Source: an uncultured Bacteroidota bacterium
GTDB lineage: Bacteria > Bacteroidota > Bacteroidia > Chitinophagales > Chitinophagaceae
Direction: 5' to 3'
DNA: 64,000 bases
Assembly (NCBI GenBank): GCA_903821465.1
Contig: CAIJLK010000298.1
Coordinates: 2,523-66,522 of the forward strand
Positions 35,593-45,769 of the stretch are shown one piece after another. Both the position numbers and the translations under genes were made by a program. A model generated the notes under the pieces. That model was not told the origin of the DNA. It searched no databases and saw only the letters and a program-made list of their open reading frames with translations. Position 1 is the first letter of the stretch. Every line of letters begins with the position of its first letter.

Positions 35593-37572
35593 TTAATGCC
35601 CTTTTCTGACTAATGGAAGATTCATTTTCGGATTAATGATAAATGGCACGTATTCAACTACAGTTGTTGCAGTATCAAGTCCAAATGCTTTTTGATCAGA
35701 TTGTGAATAATTCTTAATTGCAAAGTAGGAATCCATAATAAATCCTTCTTTGACTGAAAATTCATTTTCAACCGAAAGAAATGTTTCTATAATTACATAA
35801 GTTATATCAGCATGAAAAGTACTAGAATCTAGGCTCTCATATTTATTTTCAACTTTAATTTCATGATGTGAGTATAATTCTTGCATCACTTTTTTAAACA
35901 ACCGATTGATTCTTAGCTGTACTCTGAAACCAAGATTAAAATCCACCCTAATCACTTTGCCAGGTACGATTTCTTTTGTTGTGTACTCCATGGTATATGG
36001 ATTATCTGAACGATGAATATGTACAAACCAATAAACCTCGGCACGCTTCGGTTTTCGATGTAAGATGCTATGCATGATACGGCGCTCAATCTCACCTTCA
36101 TAATCTGCCTTAGTGAGGTAAACCAAGTGAGTTGCGTATTTTGGGAAATCTTTGTCCACACTCAAGTCGACAAGTCGATTTACATAATCCGATAGTTTAA
36201 CAAACTGCAAATATCGATTGGTGATTTTTCTTGCGCGATACCAAATAACCATGATGAAAATCAATCCAAATTCAAAGAATAAAAACATCCAACGTTGCTT
36301 AATCTTTGCCACATTTGCAATAAAGAAAGCTATCTCAACTGTAAGAAAGATTAACATAATAAGACTTACAATACCGAAGTTCCATTTTTTTACTCGACGC
36401 ATATATACAAACATCAATGTGGTGGTCATTAACATCGCAATCACAATAGAAAATCCATAAGCGGCTTCCATATGTGCAGATTCTCTGAAATAAAACATCA
36501 TTCCCACACAACCAATCCAAAGTATCCAATTTAAACTTGGAATATAAATTTGACCTTTTATATCTGTTGGAAATTTGATTGTAACACGCGGCCAACAATT
36601 CAAACTAATTGCTTCATTTATTAATGTAAACGACCCACTAATTAATGCCTGACTAGCAATAATAGTAGCCAACGTGGCGATAATCACACCTGTCAATAAA
36701 AACCAATGAGGCATTAATTCATAAAATGGATTAAGTCCGTTTAAAGTAGGGCTATGATGTGCTAATAACCACGCGCCTTGCCCCATATAGTTAATGATCA
36801 AAGCTGTTTTTACAAAACCCCAACTTAATTGAATATTCTTTCTTCCACAATGTCCTAAATCGCTATATAAAGCTTCCGCTCCTGTTGTACAAAGGAATAC
36901 AGCACCTAATAACCAAAAACCTTGTGGGTAATTCACCAAAAGGTCATAGGCATAATAAGGATTAATTGCTCTCATGATTCCAGGTGTATGATTAATCTGA
37001 ATTGCACCCAATACAAGTATCATCATGAACCAAGTAAACATAATTGGCCCAAATGCAAACCCTACCACTTTTGTGCCGAATCGTTGAAAGAAAAACAACA
37101 AAGAAATAATTCCAATTACAATACCCACTGTAAGGTTATTTCCGGGTACGATTACCTTTTCCAACCCTGGAATACCACCTAACCCTTCAATGGCAGATGA
37201 CACTGAAATTGGCGGAGTAATAATTCCATCAGCCAAAAGTGTTGCTGCACCAATAATTGCCGGGATATACCAATATTTTGCATATCTCCTTACTAAAGCA
37301 TATAATGAAAATATACCACCCTCTCCTCTATTATCTGCTCTAAGCGTAAGGAATACATACTTGAAAGTTGTTTGTAAAGTAAGCGTCCAGATAACGCATG
37401 AAATTCCACCATACACTAATTGTTCCGTAATTACCCTTTCACCAATAATAGATCTGAATACATACAATGGTGAAGTACCAATATCCCCATAAATAATTCC
37501 TAAAGTAACCAATAAACCAGCTACTGTAACTTTACTTAATTGATTGTGCCCAGACTGTTGTTGAGAAGCCAT
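35593..37572 (-). CDS. kup: KUP/HAK/KT potassium transporter
   Basis: GIIYGDIGTSPLY, ADN.GEGG, DG.ITP.ISV.SA.EG, TGAEALYSDLGH. Confidence 0.97.
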   Translation of the reverse strand: MASQQQSGHNQLSKVTVAGLLVTLGIIYGDIGTSPLYVFRSIIGERVITEQLVYGGISCVIWTLTLQTTFKYVFLTLRADNRGEGGIFSLYALVRRYAKYWYIPAIIGAATLLADGIITPPISVSSAIEGLGGIPGLEKVIVPGNNLTVGIVIGIISLLFFFQRFGTKVVGFAFGPIMFTWFMMILVLGAIQINHTPGIMRAINPYYAYDLLVNYPQGFWLLGAVFLCTTGAEALYSDLGHCGRKNIQLSWGFVKTALIINYMGQGAWLLAHHSPTLNGLNPFYELMPHWFLLTGVIIATLATIIASQALISGSFTLINEAISLNCWPRVTIKFPTDIKGQIYIPSLNWILWIGCVGMMFYFRESAHMEAAYGFSIVIAMLMTTTLMFVYMRRVKKWNFGIVSLIMLIFLTVEIAFFIANVAKIKQRWMFLFFEFGLIFIMVIWYRARKITNRYLQFVKLSDYVNRLVDLSVDKDFPKYATHLVYLTKADYEGEIERRIMHSILHRKPKRAEVYWFVHIHRSDNPYTMEYTTKEIVPGKVIRVDFNLGFRVQLRINRLFKKVMQELYSHHEIKVENKYESLDSSTFHADITYVIIETFLSVENEFSVKEGFIMDSYFAIKNYSQSDQKAFGLDTATTVVEYVPFIINPKMNLPLVRKGH

Positions 37573-37749
37573 TAACGATAATTTAAATTCAACGAAAAAA
37601 ATACGGCAGTAAACTTGAATGATAGGAATGAGAGACGCTGTGACGCCATGGGATTGAAATCATCTATTACAAATCGTTAGAGAGTATAAATGTAGAATGT
37701 ATAAAGGATTTATACATTTTATTCATTAAAACTTAAGCTGAATTTAATT

Positions 37750-37765
37750 ACGCAAACGTTCGCAT
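37750..37765. promoter_or_regulatory. LacI-family operator-like site
   Basis: ACGCAAACGTTCGCAT with central AAACGTT, 33 bp from the end of a LacI gene. Confidence 0.55.
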
Positions 37766-37797
37766 ATTAGTTATCTGTAATGCTTTGAAGGCCTAAA

Positions 37798-38793
37798 CTA
37801 TAAGGAACCCCCTTCAACTAGAATAGATTCAAGAATCACTTCTTCTTTTCCATCAAACCCTTTTAAACTTGAATACATTTGTTTAAAAGCCAATTTACCC
37901 AATTTGAATCCACTAGTTTCTACATAAGTAATTTGAGGATCGTATAAAGTTGGGATCAATCCATTGCTAATCCCAATTATAGAGATGTCTTCTGGCACTT
38001 TCAATTTTAATTCGTGAACTGCATGCATCACGCCCATCAAAATCATATCACCCATACAAAATACCGCTTCGGGTACTCTTTCTTTAAATACTTCTAAGCA
38101 AATTTGTTTCGAAGCTTCCACTTGATCAGGAAAAAAGTAAGTGACGATGGAATCAGGTGCATATCGCTCAAAATAACTTTTAAAAGAAGCATATCGCAAT
38201 TTGGTAATGCTTAAATGCGGATGCCCAAATAGTGCAAGCACGTCTTTCTTACCCTTTTCAATGATTGATCTTGCTGCTATTCGTGCCGCTTCTTCATCGG
38301 CCAAACAAACCTTACTGAATCCACCCAATTCTGGAACACGATCAAAAAAGATAACAGGGATGCCAGATTCTTGCAGTTTTTTGTAAGGAGTCATATCATC
38401 TGTTTCAGTTGAAATAGATACAAATAAACCCATTATTTTATTTCTTCTAAAGACATTAATATTCGAACATTCTAGTGATAGCTTGTCGAGCGACTGCATG
38501 ATCATAATAGAATAGCCTTGCTTAACAGCCTCTTCCTCAACCGCCGAAATAAAAAAATCATAAAAATAATTTCTGATAGTCGGCACTAAAATACCTAACA
38601 CATTGCTTTGTTGCGTTCGTAATTGAACAGCAAAATTATTTGGCTCATACTCTAATGTGGCGGCCAGTTCTTTAACACGCGTTTTTGTTTTTGTAGAAAT
38701 ATCTGGATGATCTTTGAGTGCCCTAGAAACTGTAGAAATACTGATACCTAGAATTTCAGACAATTTCTTTAGCGTATTTTGTTGAAATCCCAT
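37798..38793 (-). CDS. LacI family transcriptional regulator
   Basis: TLK.LS..LGIS.STVSRAL.DHPDIS, Y.PN..A..LR, IPVIFFDR, VPEDISIIG. Confidence 0.95.
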   Translation of the reverse strand: MGFQQNTLKKLSEILGISISTVSRALKDHPDISTKTKTRVKELAATLEYEPNNFAVQLRTQQSNVLGILVPTIRNYFYDFFISAVEEEAVKQGYSIMIMQSLDKLSLECSNINVFRRNKIMGLFVSISTETDDMTPYKKLQESGIPVIFFDRVPELGGFSKVCLADEEAARIAARSIIEKGKKDVLALFGHPHLSITKLRYASFKSYFERYAPDSIVTYFFPDQVEASKQICLEVFKERVPEAVFCMGDMILMGVMHAVHELKLKVPEDISIIGISNGLIPTLYDPQITYVETSGFKLGKLAFKQMYSSLKGFDGKEEVILESILVEGGSL

Positions 38794-38883
38794 GTGCTAC
38801 AATCGAATTATTTAGTAGAAATTCGACTAGATAAAGGTATATTTTTATGCCTTATAATTGATATTAATATATGAACGTAAAAT

Positions 38884-39384
38884 CTATCCGAATTGGATAA
38901 TTCTTTCGCTTCCTCCCCGCCAAACACCAAACTTCTTTTCAGTAGCTGCAAAGCGAAATTCAAAAATATTTTTCACCTGTGCTTTTATAAAAAGGCTATT
39001 TGCAAAATCACCCAAAAACCAAAATGGGATTTTGTAATGAACAATATCTATCATTTCAACACCACCCTCAATTTCTTTGAAATGATGTTGATGATGCCAC
39101 ATGCTGTAAGGACCAAATCTTTGCTCATCAATAAAATATTGTTTGTCTACCACCTGCTTAATTTCCGTCATCCAGTATAGTGGGATCCCTAAAATAGGCT
39201 TTACAATGTATTCAATGATCTGACCAGCATACATTTTCTCGCCATGGTGTTTTGAAATGATATTGAATCCAAGATTCGTTGGGGTAATATTTTTCAAGTT
39301 ATCGGGACGGCTAAAAAATTCCCATGCTTCCTCTAAACTAATGGGCATGTTCTGAACGGTTTTGATAGAATACACTTTCGACAT
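38884..39384 (-). CDS. SRPBCC family protein
   Basis: W.FFS.P.NL..ITP, W.TEI, F.DEQR.GPY..WHHQH.F; start placed at MSKVYS. Confidence 0.88.
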   Translation of the reverse strand: MSKVYSIKTVQNMPISLEEAWEFFSRPDNLKNITPTNLGFNIISKHHGEKMYAGQIIEYIVKPILGIPLYWMTEIKQVVDKQYFIDEQRFGPYSMWHHQHHFKEIEGGVEMIDIVHYKIPFWFLGDFANSLFIKAQVKNIFEFRFAATEKKFGVWRGGSERIIQFG

Positions 39385-39485
39385 CTTCGTTGTTTCAGAT
39401 AATAACATCGTAAAGACGGTATTGTTTAGCAAATTTGTTCATCTGAGGATAAGATCAGCTGATTGCTTTCATTTATCTTTATAGT

Positions 39486-42400
39486 ATGGCAACCTTGGAT
39501 CAACAAAAAGCACAATTCAATAAAATCTATTCAGCGCTCAATATCCATCAAAAAACGGCAGTAGATACCATTGAAGGTCCAGTTATGGTCATTGCCGGCC
39601 CCGGTACTGGTAAAACACAGATCCTTAGTGCCAGAATTGGAAAGATCTTATTAGAAACCGACACGGCTCCTGAAAACATTCTCTGCCTTACCTATACAGA
39701 TGCAGGTGCCGTAGCCATGCGTAAGCGCTTATTAGCATTCATCGGTCCGGACGCATACAAAGTAAATATTTATACTTTCCATGCATTCTGTAACGATATT
39801 ATTCAAGAGAACCTTTCGCTTTTTGAGAAAACATCGCTCGACCCTATTTCTGACTTAGAAAAGATTGACCTCTTTAAACAATTGATCGATAGTTTCGAAA
39901 AGGACAATCCACTGAAAAGGTATCGTGGGGATGTTTATTTTGAGATCAATAACCTCCAGCAACTCTTCAGTACGATGAAGAAAGAGGGATGGACACCTGA
40001 ATTTATAACTGAAAAAATTAACGCCTACTTAATAGACCTAGCTAAAAGGGATGAATTTATTTACAAGCGGGCTTATAAGCAATTCAAAGCAGGCGATCTT
40101 AAAGAAAATAAAATACTCGAAGAGCAGGAAAAGATGGCCAAGCTAATAGCCGCTGTGAAAGAGTTCCCGCATTTCCAACAATTAATGCGCAGGAGAAATC
40201 GCTATGATTTTGATGATATGATCAATTGGGTGATTAAGGCTTTCGAAGAAAACCCTACGCTCTTATCGCGGTATCAAGAACAATTCCTTTATATACTTGT
40301 GGATGAATACCAAGACACCAGTGGAACACAAAATCGTTTGGTTGAACTATTAATTAATTATTGGGAGCAGCCGAACATTTTTGTGGTGGGCGACGACGAT
40401 CAAAGTATCTATCGATTCCAGGGAGCTAACGTAGAAAATATGATTGGCTTTGCTAAACGTTATCAGGAAGATTTAGTAAAAATCGTACTTACTGATAATT
40501 ATCGCTCCATACAACCCATTCTAGACATTTCAAAAACGCTGATCGATCGGAATGAAGAAAGATTGATCAATCAAATTGATGGGCTAAGTAAAACATTAAC
40601 CGCTTCAAATAGTTTATTAGTAGGCATTACAGAAGCTCCAGTGATTTACGAGTATGAGTCTGTTCGCCAGGAAATGATCGCTATCTGTTTACAAGTGCAA
40701 GCATTACTTGAATCAGGTGTAGCAGCAGGAAGAATCGGGATCATCTATAAGGAAAATAAATTTGGAGAAGCGCTAGCTCAATTTTTAAAACAACGGAAGA
40801 TTGCAGTATATAGTAAAAGGAATCTGAATATTCTACATATCCCTCTTGCTAAAAAAATAATCCTGTTCTTAAAATACCTCAGTGCTGAAATGGATACATC
40901 ATTTGGAGGTGAGGAAATGCTTTTTGAAATGCTGCATTTTGATTGGTTTAATATACCGCCCTTAGAAATTGCAGCTATGAGTTCATTTGTTGCTGATCGA
41001 AAATTTGGTGAAAATAAAACCAGTTTAAGAAAACTGATTTTTGAAAAAGCCAATGCACCTGCAGCTAACTTATTTAGTGTACCACCAACAAATGGACTAA
41101 TACTTGCCAGCCATGCAGTTGAAAAACTTATTGCTGATGTGTCAAACTGTACACTCATTAACCTTTTTGAAAATCTAATTCGTGATACGCAGCTTCTTAC
41201 CTGGATCATGAATAACGAAGACAAACACTGGCATTTACAGGTGCTAACTGGTCTCTTCGAATTCGTAAAAGAAGAAGCAAGCCGTAACCCCACATTAACC
41301 CTTGATCAACTAGTGAACATATTTTCTCTCATGGAGAAAGAAGACCTATCCCTTCCATTAGTGCAAGTTAGTGGCAGTGATAAAGCCGTAAACCTTTTAA
41401 CGGCTCATGGATCTAAAGGGTTAGAATTTGAACATGTTTTCTTTGCAGGTTGTAATGCTTCGAATTGGGAGAAAAAAAGAAAGCCCGGGGGTGGTTATAG
41501 TTTTCCCGATACGCTGTTTCAGTCACAACCTAAACAGTCTGAAGAAGAAGAACTTCGCAGATTATTTTATGTAGCACTGACCAGAGCTGAATTAAAGCTG
41601 CATATATCTTACAGTAAATTCCGAAATGATGCAAAACCATTGGAGCCTTCGATGTTTCTTGCAGAGATTCAAGACATACACGCTTTACCTATTCAACAAA
41701 TAGCATTAGAATCTGCTATACTAAGCGAATTTGCATTAGTACAGTTCGAAGAAGAACAGGCTCCTGAAATCGAAAAAATAGAAGCTGAATTTATAGATCG
41801 AATACTAGAAAAATTCGTAATGAATGTGACAGCTCTGAATAATTATTTGAAGTGCCCTCTACAGTTTTATTTTCAAAATCTTGTACGGGTGCCTTCAGGA
41901 AAATCTGAAGCAACAGAATTCGGATCAGCAGTACACTTTGCATTGGAAAAACTATTTTCAAAAATGCAGGATAAAGAAAGATTTCCGGAACTAGTTGAAT
42001 TCATAAACGATTTCGAATGGTATATGCATCGCCATAGGGAAAGTTTTACAAGAGAAGAGTTTAACAGGAGAATGGAATACGGACAAGAAGTACTAACCAA
42101 CTATTACAACCAATATATCAATAGCTGGAATAAAATAGTAGCGGTAGAAAGAAACATTCGCAACGTAGTAGTTGGGGGTGTGCCAATTAAAGGGAAACTA
42201 GATAAATTAGAATTCGATGGAAAATCGGTAAATGTGGTTGACTATAAAACTGGTGATATCGAAAAAGCTAAAAAGAAATTGAACCCACCTCAGGAAGAAG
42301 ATCCAAATGGGGGAGATTACTGGAGGCAAGCTGTGTTCTATAAAATATTGGTCGACAACTATGAACAGAAGAATTGGAAAGTTGTGAGCACTGAGTTCGA

Positions 42401-42635
42401 CTTCATTGAACCTGACAAGAAAAAACAGTTCCGAAAGGAGAAAATAGTTATTCAAGACTCAGATATTACAACTGTAACACAACAGATCAAAACTGTATGG
42501 AAAAAAATTCAAGATCGTGAATTGTATACCGGTTGCGGAAAGAAAGAATGCAAATGGTGCAATTTTGTAAAAGACAATAAGATGGCCATCGCCTTGCATG
42601 ATCTGAATGAATCGGATGGTGGGAATGACGAATAA
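39486..42635 (+). CDS. UvrD/REP-family helicase with C-terminal PD-(D/E)XK nuclease
   Basis: AGPGTGKT, VDEYQD, GDDDQSIY.FQGA, H.SKGLEF, EELRRLFYVALTRA; GKLDK..VVDYKTG. Confidence 0.93.
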   Translation: MATLDQQKAQFNKIYSALNIHQKTAVDTIEGPVMVIAGPGTGKTQILSARIGKILLETDTAPENILCLTYTDAGAVAMRKRLLAFIGPDAYKVNIYTFHAFCNDIIQENLSLFEKTSLDPISDLEKIDLFKQLIDSFEKDNPLKRYRGDVYFEINNLQQLFSTMKKEGWTPEFITEKINAYLIDLAKRDEFIYKRAYKQFKAGDLKENKILEEQEKMAKLIAAVKEFPHFQQLMRRRNRYDFDDMINWVIKAFEENPTLLSRYQEQFLYILVDEYQDTSGTQNRLVELLINYWEQPNIFVVGDDDQSIYRFQGANVENMIGFAKRYQEDLVKIVLTDNYRSIQPILDISKTLIDRNEERLINQIDGLSKTLTASNSLLVGITEAPVIYEYESVRQEMIAICLQVQALLESGVAAGRIGIIYKENKFGEALAQFLKQRKIAVYSKRNLNILHIPLAKKIILFLKYLSAEMDTSFGGEEMLFEMLHFDWFNIPPLEIAAMSSFVADRKFGENKTSLRKLIFEKANAPAANLFSVPPTNGLILASHAVEKLIADVSNCTLINLFENLIRDTQLLTWIMNNEDKHWHLQVLTGLFEFVKEEASRNPTLTLDQLVNIFSLMEKEDLSLPLVQVSGSDKAVNLLTAHGSKGLEFEHVFFAGCNASNWEKKRKPGGGYSFPDTLFQSQPKQSEEEELRRLFYVALTRAELKLHISYSKFRNDAKPLEPSMFLAEIQDIHALPIQQIALESAILSEFALVQFEEEQAPEIEKIEAEFIDRILEKFVMNVTALNNYLKCPLQFYFQNLVRVPSGKSEATEFGSAVHFALEKLFSKMQDKERFPELVEFINDFEWYMHRHRESFTREEFNRRMEYGQEVLTNYYNQYINSWNKIVAVERNIRNVVVGGVPIKGKLDKLEFDGKSVNVVDYKTGDIEKAKKKLNPPQEEDPNGGDYWRQAVFYKILVDNYEQKNWKVVSTEFDFIEPDKKKQFRKEKIVIQDSDITTVTQQIKTVWKKIQDRELYTGCGKKECKWCNFVKDNKMAIALHDLNESDGGNDE

Positions 42636-42718
42636 TTAACTTTTTAGCTAACTATTCCTGCTTTTAAAACCTCCTTGGGTTCTATATTTGCTGCTGGAAA
42701 CAAAAATTGTAAAGGGGT

Positions 42719-44128
42719 ATGAAAATTAAAAGTTCCATTTTTATCTTGGTCATTGCTTATCTGTTGATTAGCATGAGCTTTTATTCCTGCGCCAATATCA
42801 TACCTCCTGGTGGTGGTCCGCGTGATTCCCTGCCTCCCCGTTTAATTGGGGCTTTCCCAAAAGATTCAGCTCTTAATGTGTCTAATCTGAATATTATTTT
42901 AAGCTTCGACGAATATGTAACCTTGCAGAATACAAATGAAAATTTGATCATTTCTCCTAACCCAAAGAATCTGCCAATAGTAGATTACAAACTGCGCAAT
43001 GTAACAGTGAAATTGAGAGATAGCTTGGAGAAGAACACGACCTACTCTTTTGATTTTGGCAACGCGATTAAAGATGTTAATGAAGGCAATGTGGCCAAGA
43101 ATTTTACATATGTTTTTTCTACAGGAAATAAGATGGACAGCAATACTTATAGTGGCTATGTATTTTTAGCTGAAACAGGTAAAATAGATACAACCCTAAT
43201 TGCGGTATTGCACAATAATACAAATGATAGTTCCATACAAAAAAATAAACCACGTTATTATACAAGGATCAATAATAAAGGCTATTTCAATTTTATGCAT
43301 TTACCAACTGGTAAATTTTCTGTCTATGTAATACCAAATGATTTTACAAAAAAATACGACGATAGTACTAAGCTGTTTGCCTTTTTGAACGAGCCCATTT
43401 TAATCAATAGCAATAAACGTTCTGACACTTTATACGCCTATCAGCAATTTAAAAAACAAGAATCAAAAGCAACTGCTCCAGCCTCAACTACGCCTAAATC
43501 AAAACTCAGCGCTGATGATAAGCGATTGAAATACACAGCCAACCTAGAGTCAGGTGGACAGCAAGATTTATTAACGAATCTCGAACTTAATTTTGCACGT
43601 CCCCTAAGATCATGGGACAGTACTAAGATAGTTTTGTACGACACTTCATTCAAACCAATTAGTGGCTATCAATTATCCCTCGATACCGGCAAGACAAAAA
43701 TTACGCTGGAATATCCTTGGAAAGAAAAACAGTATTTCAGATTAATAGTCTCCAAAGAAGCTTTTATAGATACAGCAGGTAATAGTTTATCCAAATCAGA
43801 TACCGCAAAAATAATTACAAAGAGAGATGCTGAATATGGCAGTTTTAGAGTGCGATTCGTAAATCTAGATCTAACAAAGCATCCAGTAGTGCAATTGGTT
43901 GTAGAAAATAAGATTGTTGAATCATTTGGAATTACTGGGAAAGATCTGATCCGTAAACGCTTTAAACCGGGCGAATTCGAATTCAGGGTATTATACGATG
44001 CCAATCAAAATGGCAAATGGGATCCAGGATCTTTCCGCGAGAAAAAACAACCTGAGACAGTTAAAAGCTTTACTAAGAAATTAATTGTTAGACCCGATCG
44101 GGATACCGATCAAAGCTTCCTCTTTTAG
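42719..44128 (+). CDS. Ig-like (Big_5) domain lipoprotein conserved in Bacteroidota
   Basis: Lipobox YSCA, P.GGP.D..PP, FDEYV, I.D.NEGN, D.N.NGKWD.G. Confidence 0.85.
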   Translation: MKIKSSIFILVIAYLLISMSFYSCANIIPPGGGPRDSLPPRLIGAFPKDSALNVSNLNIILSFDEYVTLQNTNENLIISPNPKNLPIVDYKLRNVTVKLRDSLEKNTTYSFDFGNAIKDVNEGNVAKNFTYVFSTGNKMDSNTYSGYVFLAETGKIDTTLIAVLHNNTNDSSIQKNKPRYYTRINNKGYFNFMHLPTGKFSVYVIPNDFTKKYDDSTKLFAFLNEPILINSNKRSDTLYAYQQFKKQESKATAPASTTPKSKLSADDKRLKYTANLESGGQQDLLTNLELNFARPLRSWDSTKIVLYDTSFKPISGYQLSLDTGKTKITLEYPWKEKQYFRLIVSKEAFIDTAGNSLSKSDTAKIITKRDAEYGSFRVRFVNLDLTKHPVVQLVVENKIVESFGITGKDLIRKRFKPGEFEFRVLYDANQNGKWDPGSFREKKQPETVKSFTKKLIVRPDRDTDQSFLF

Positions 44129-44425
44129 CTTTTAATAGGCATTCCGTTTATCAATTTCTATTCTAATGTAGGAATAGCCAATATGTTTGAGCAATTTGTT
44201 GATGACCCAATTGAGACGGCTAAACTAATTGAATTTATAAAAACGAATACTCATATATTAAACGATTTTACTTGTAAACTTACCCGCTTTGTACACGATT
44301 TAATGTTAGACGACCAGAAGAATTAAATAACCTATTTAATAGGTTCCTTTGACTAACTTTTTAAATAATATCCCCATTCTATCCAAAATTGTGTCTCAAA
44401 AGGGTTCACTACTTATCTTTACCCA

Positions 44426-45040
44426 ATGCAATTGCCTTCTGCACTTCTTGAGAACGCCGTACTTCAATTTTCAAAACTTCCGGGTATTGGAAAGAAGACA
44501 GCTTTGCGTTTGGTTTTACATTTACTAAAACAAGACGTACAGGACGTGCAATTTTTTGGTGAAACCATTGCCAAAATGCGGAGAGATATTCAGTTCTGTC
44601 AGCGTTGCTTCAATGTAAGTGATGGCCATATTTGTTCTATTTGTTCTAATACCATGCGCAATCAGAAAATGATCTGTGTGGTTGAAAATATTCGTGATGT
44701 GATTGCCATTGAAACCACCCAACAATTTAACGGCACATACCATGTGCTAGATGGTATTATTTCTCCTCTTGATGGTGTGGGGCCAGACCAACTAAATATT
44801 GAGCCGCTTGTTCAAAGAATTCAAAACGAACATATAGAGGAACTTGTATTTGCGCTTAGTCCGAATATTCAAGGCGATACCACCATTTATTATATCCAAA
44901 AGAAAATTGCCCATCTATCCTGCAATATCACCACCATTGCTCGAGGAATTGCTTTTGGGGGCGAATTGGAATATGCTGATGAAATGACACTTGCAAGGAG
45001 TATTGCCAATCGTCTGCCTGTTCAGCAATACGTGAAATAA
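44426..45040 (+). CDS. recR: recombination mediator RecR
   Basis: LPGIG.KTA.R, C4 zinc finger, ICVVE, YHVL.G.ISP, GGELEYAD..TL. Confidence 0.97.
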   Translation: MQLPSALLENAVLQFSKLPGIGKKTALRLVLHLLKQDVQDVQFFGETIAKMRRDIQFCQRCFNVSDGHICSICSNTMRNQKMICVVENIRDVIAIETTQQFNGTYHVLDGIISPLDGVGPDQLNIEPLVQRIQNEHIEELVFALSPNIQGDTTIYYIQKKIAHLSCNITTIARGIAFGGELEYADEMTLARSIANRLPVQQYVK

Positions 45041-45219
45041 CCAACCAAGTAAAACCTTCCTTTTACAATCTTCTCCTACAGAAGGCAACTTTTATTCGCC
45101 ATACAACGTATCTGCCCTTACATAGGTGTATTAATTGATGGTTTTCTAGCGCTAGATTTAATAAATTTAATTGTGGATCAATTAATTAAAATCAATTACA
45201 AACACCTAAAATCAGTTGT

Positions 45220-45762
45220 ATGAAACAGTTTTTTTCCTTGTTATTAGTCCTTTCGTTTTTTGTTCAAGCCAATGCACAGAAAATGTACCAGACTAAATCT
45301 GGGCAAATTAAATTCAATGCTAGTTCTCCACTTGAGACAATCAAGGCCGTGAACAATCAGGCTGATAGCAGATGGCTTGAAAGTAATGGACAAATTGTTT
45401 TTAGTGTGCTTATAAAGGGATTCAAGTTTGAAAATCAGTTGATGGAAGATCATTTTAATGAGAATTATATGGAATCCGGCAAGTTTCCAAAAGCCGAATT
45501 CAAAGGATTCATTAATGATATACAATATGTTGATCTAACCAATTCAGGAGGAAACGAGATCACTGCCGATGGCATACTAACCATTCATGGTGTATCACAG
45601 AAAGTGATGGCAACTGGCAGTATAACCGTATTAAGCTCTGGCAAGATCATGCTAAAGAGTGAGATAAAAATAAAGCTGAAGGACTATCGGATATCCGGAA
45701 CTCTTATCGGATCCAAGATTGCTCCAGACGCTACTATCAGCGTTTATTGCATCTATGAATAA
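45220..45762 (+). CDS. YceI family protein
   Basis: Signal peptide, F.F...LMEDHFNENYMES.KFPKA.F.G, G.LTIHGV. Confidence 0.88.
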   Translation: MKQFFSLLLVLSFFVQANAQKMYQTKSGQIKFNASSPLETIKAVNNQADSRWLESNGQIVFSVLIKGFKFENQLMEDHFNENYMESGKFPKAEFKGFINDIQYVDLTNSGGNEITADGILTIHGVSQKVMATGSITVLSSGKIMLKSEIKIKLKDYRISGTLIGSKIAPDATISVYCIYE

Positions 45763-45769
45763 TTAAATT

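Noticed and set aside
40778-41293. 171-aa minus-strand ORF
   Set aside because: Antisense shadow of the helicase
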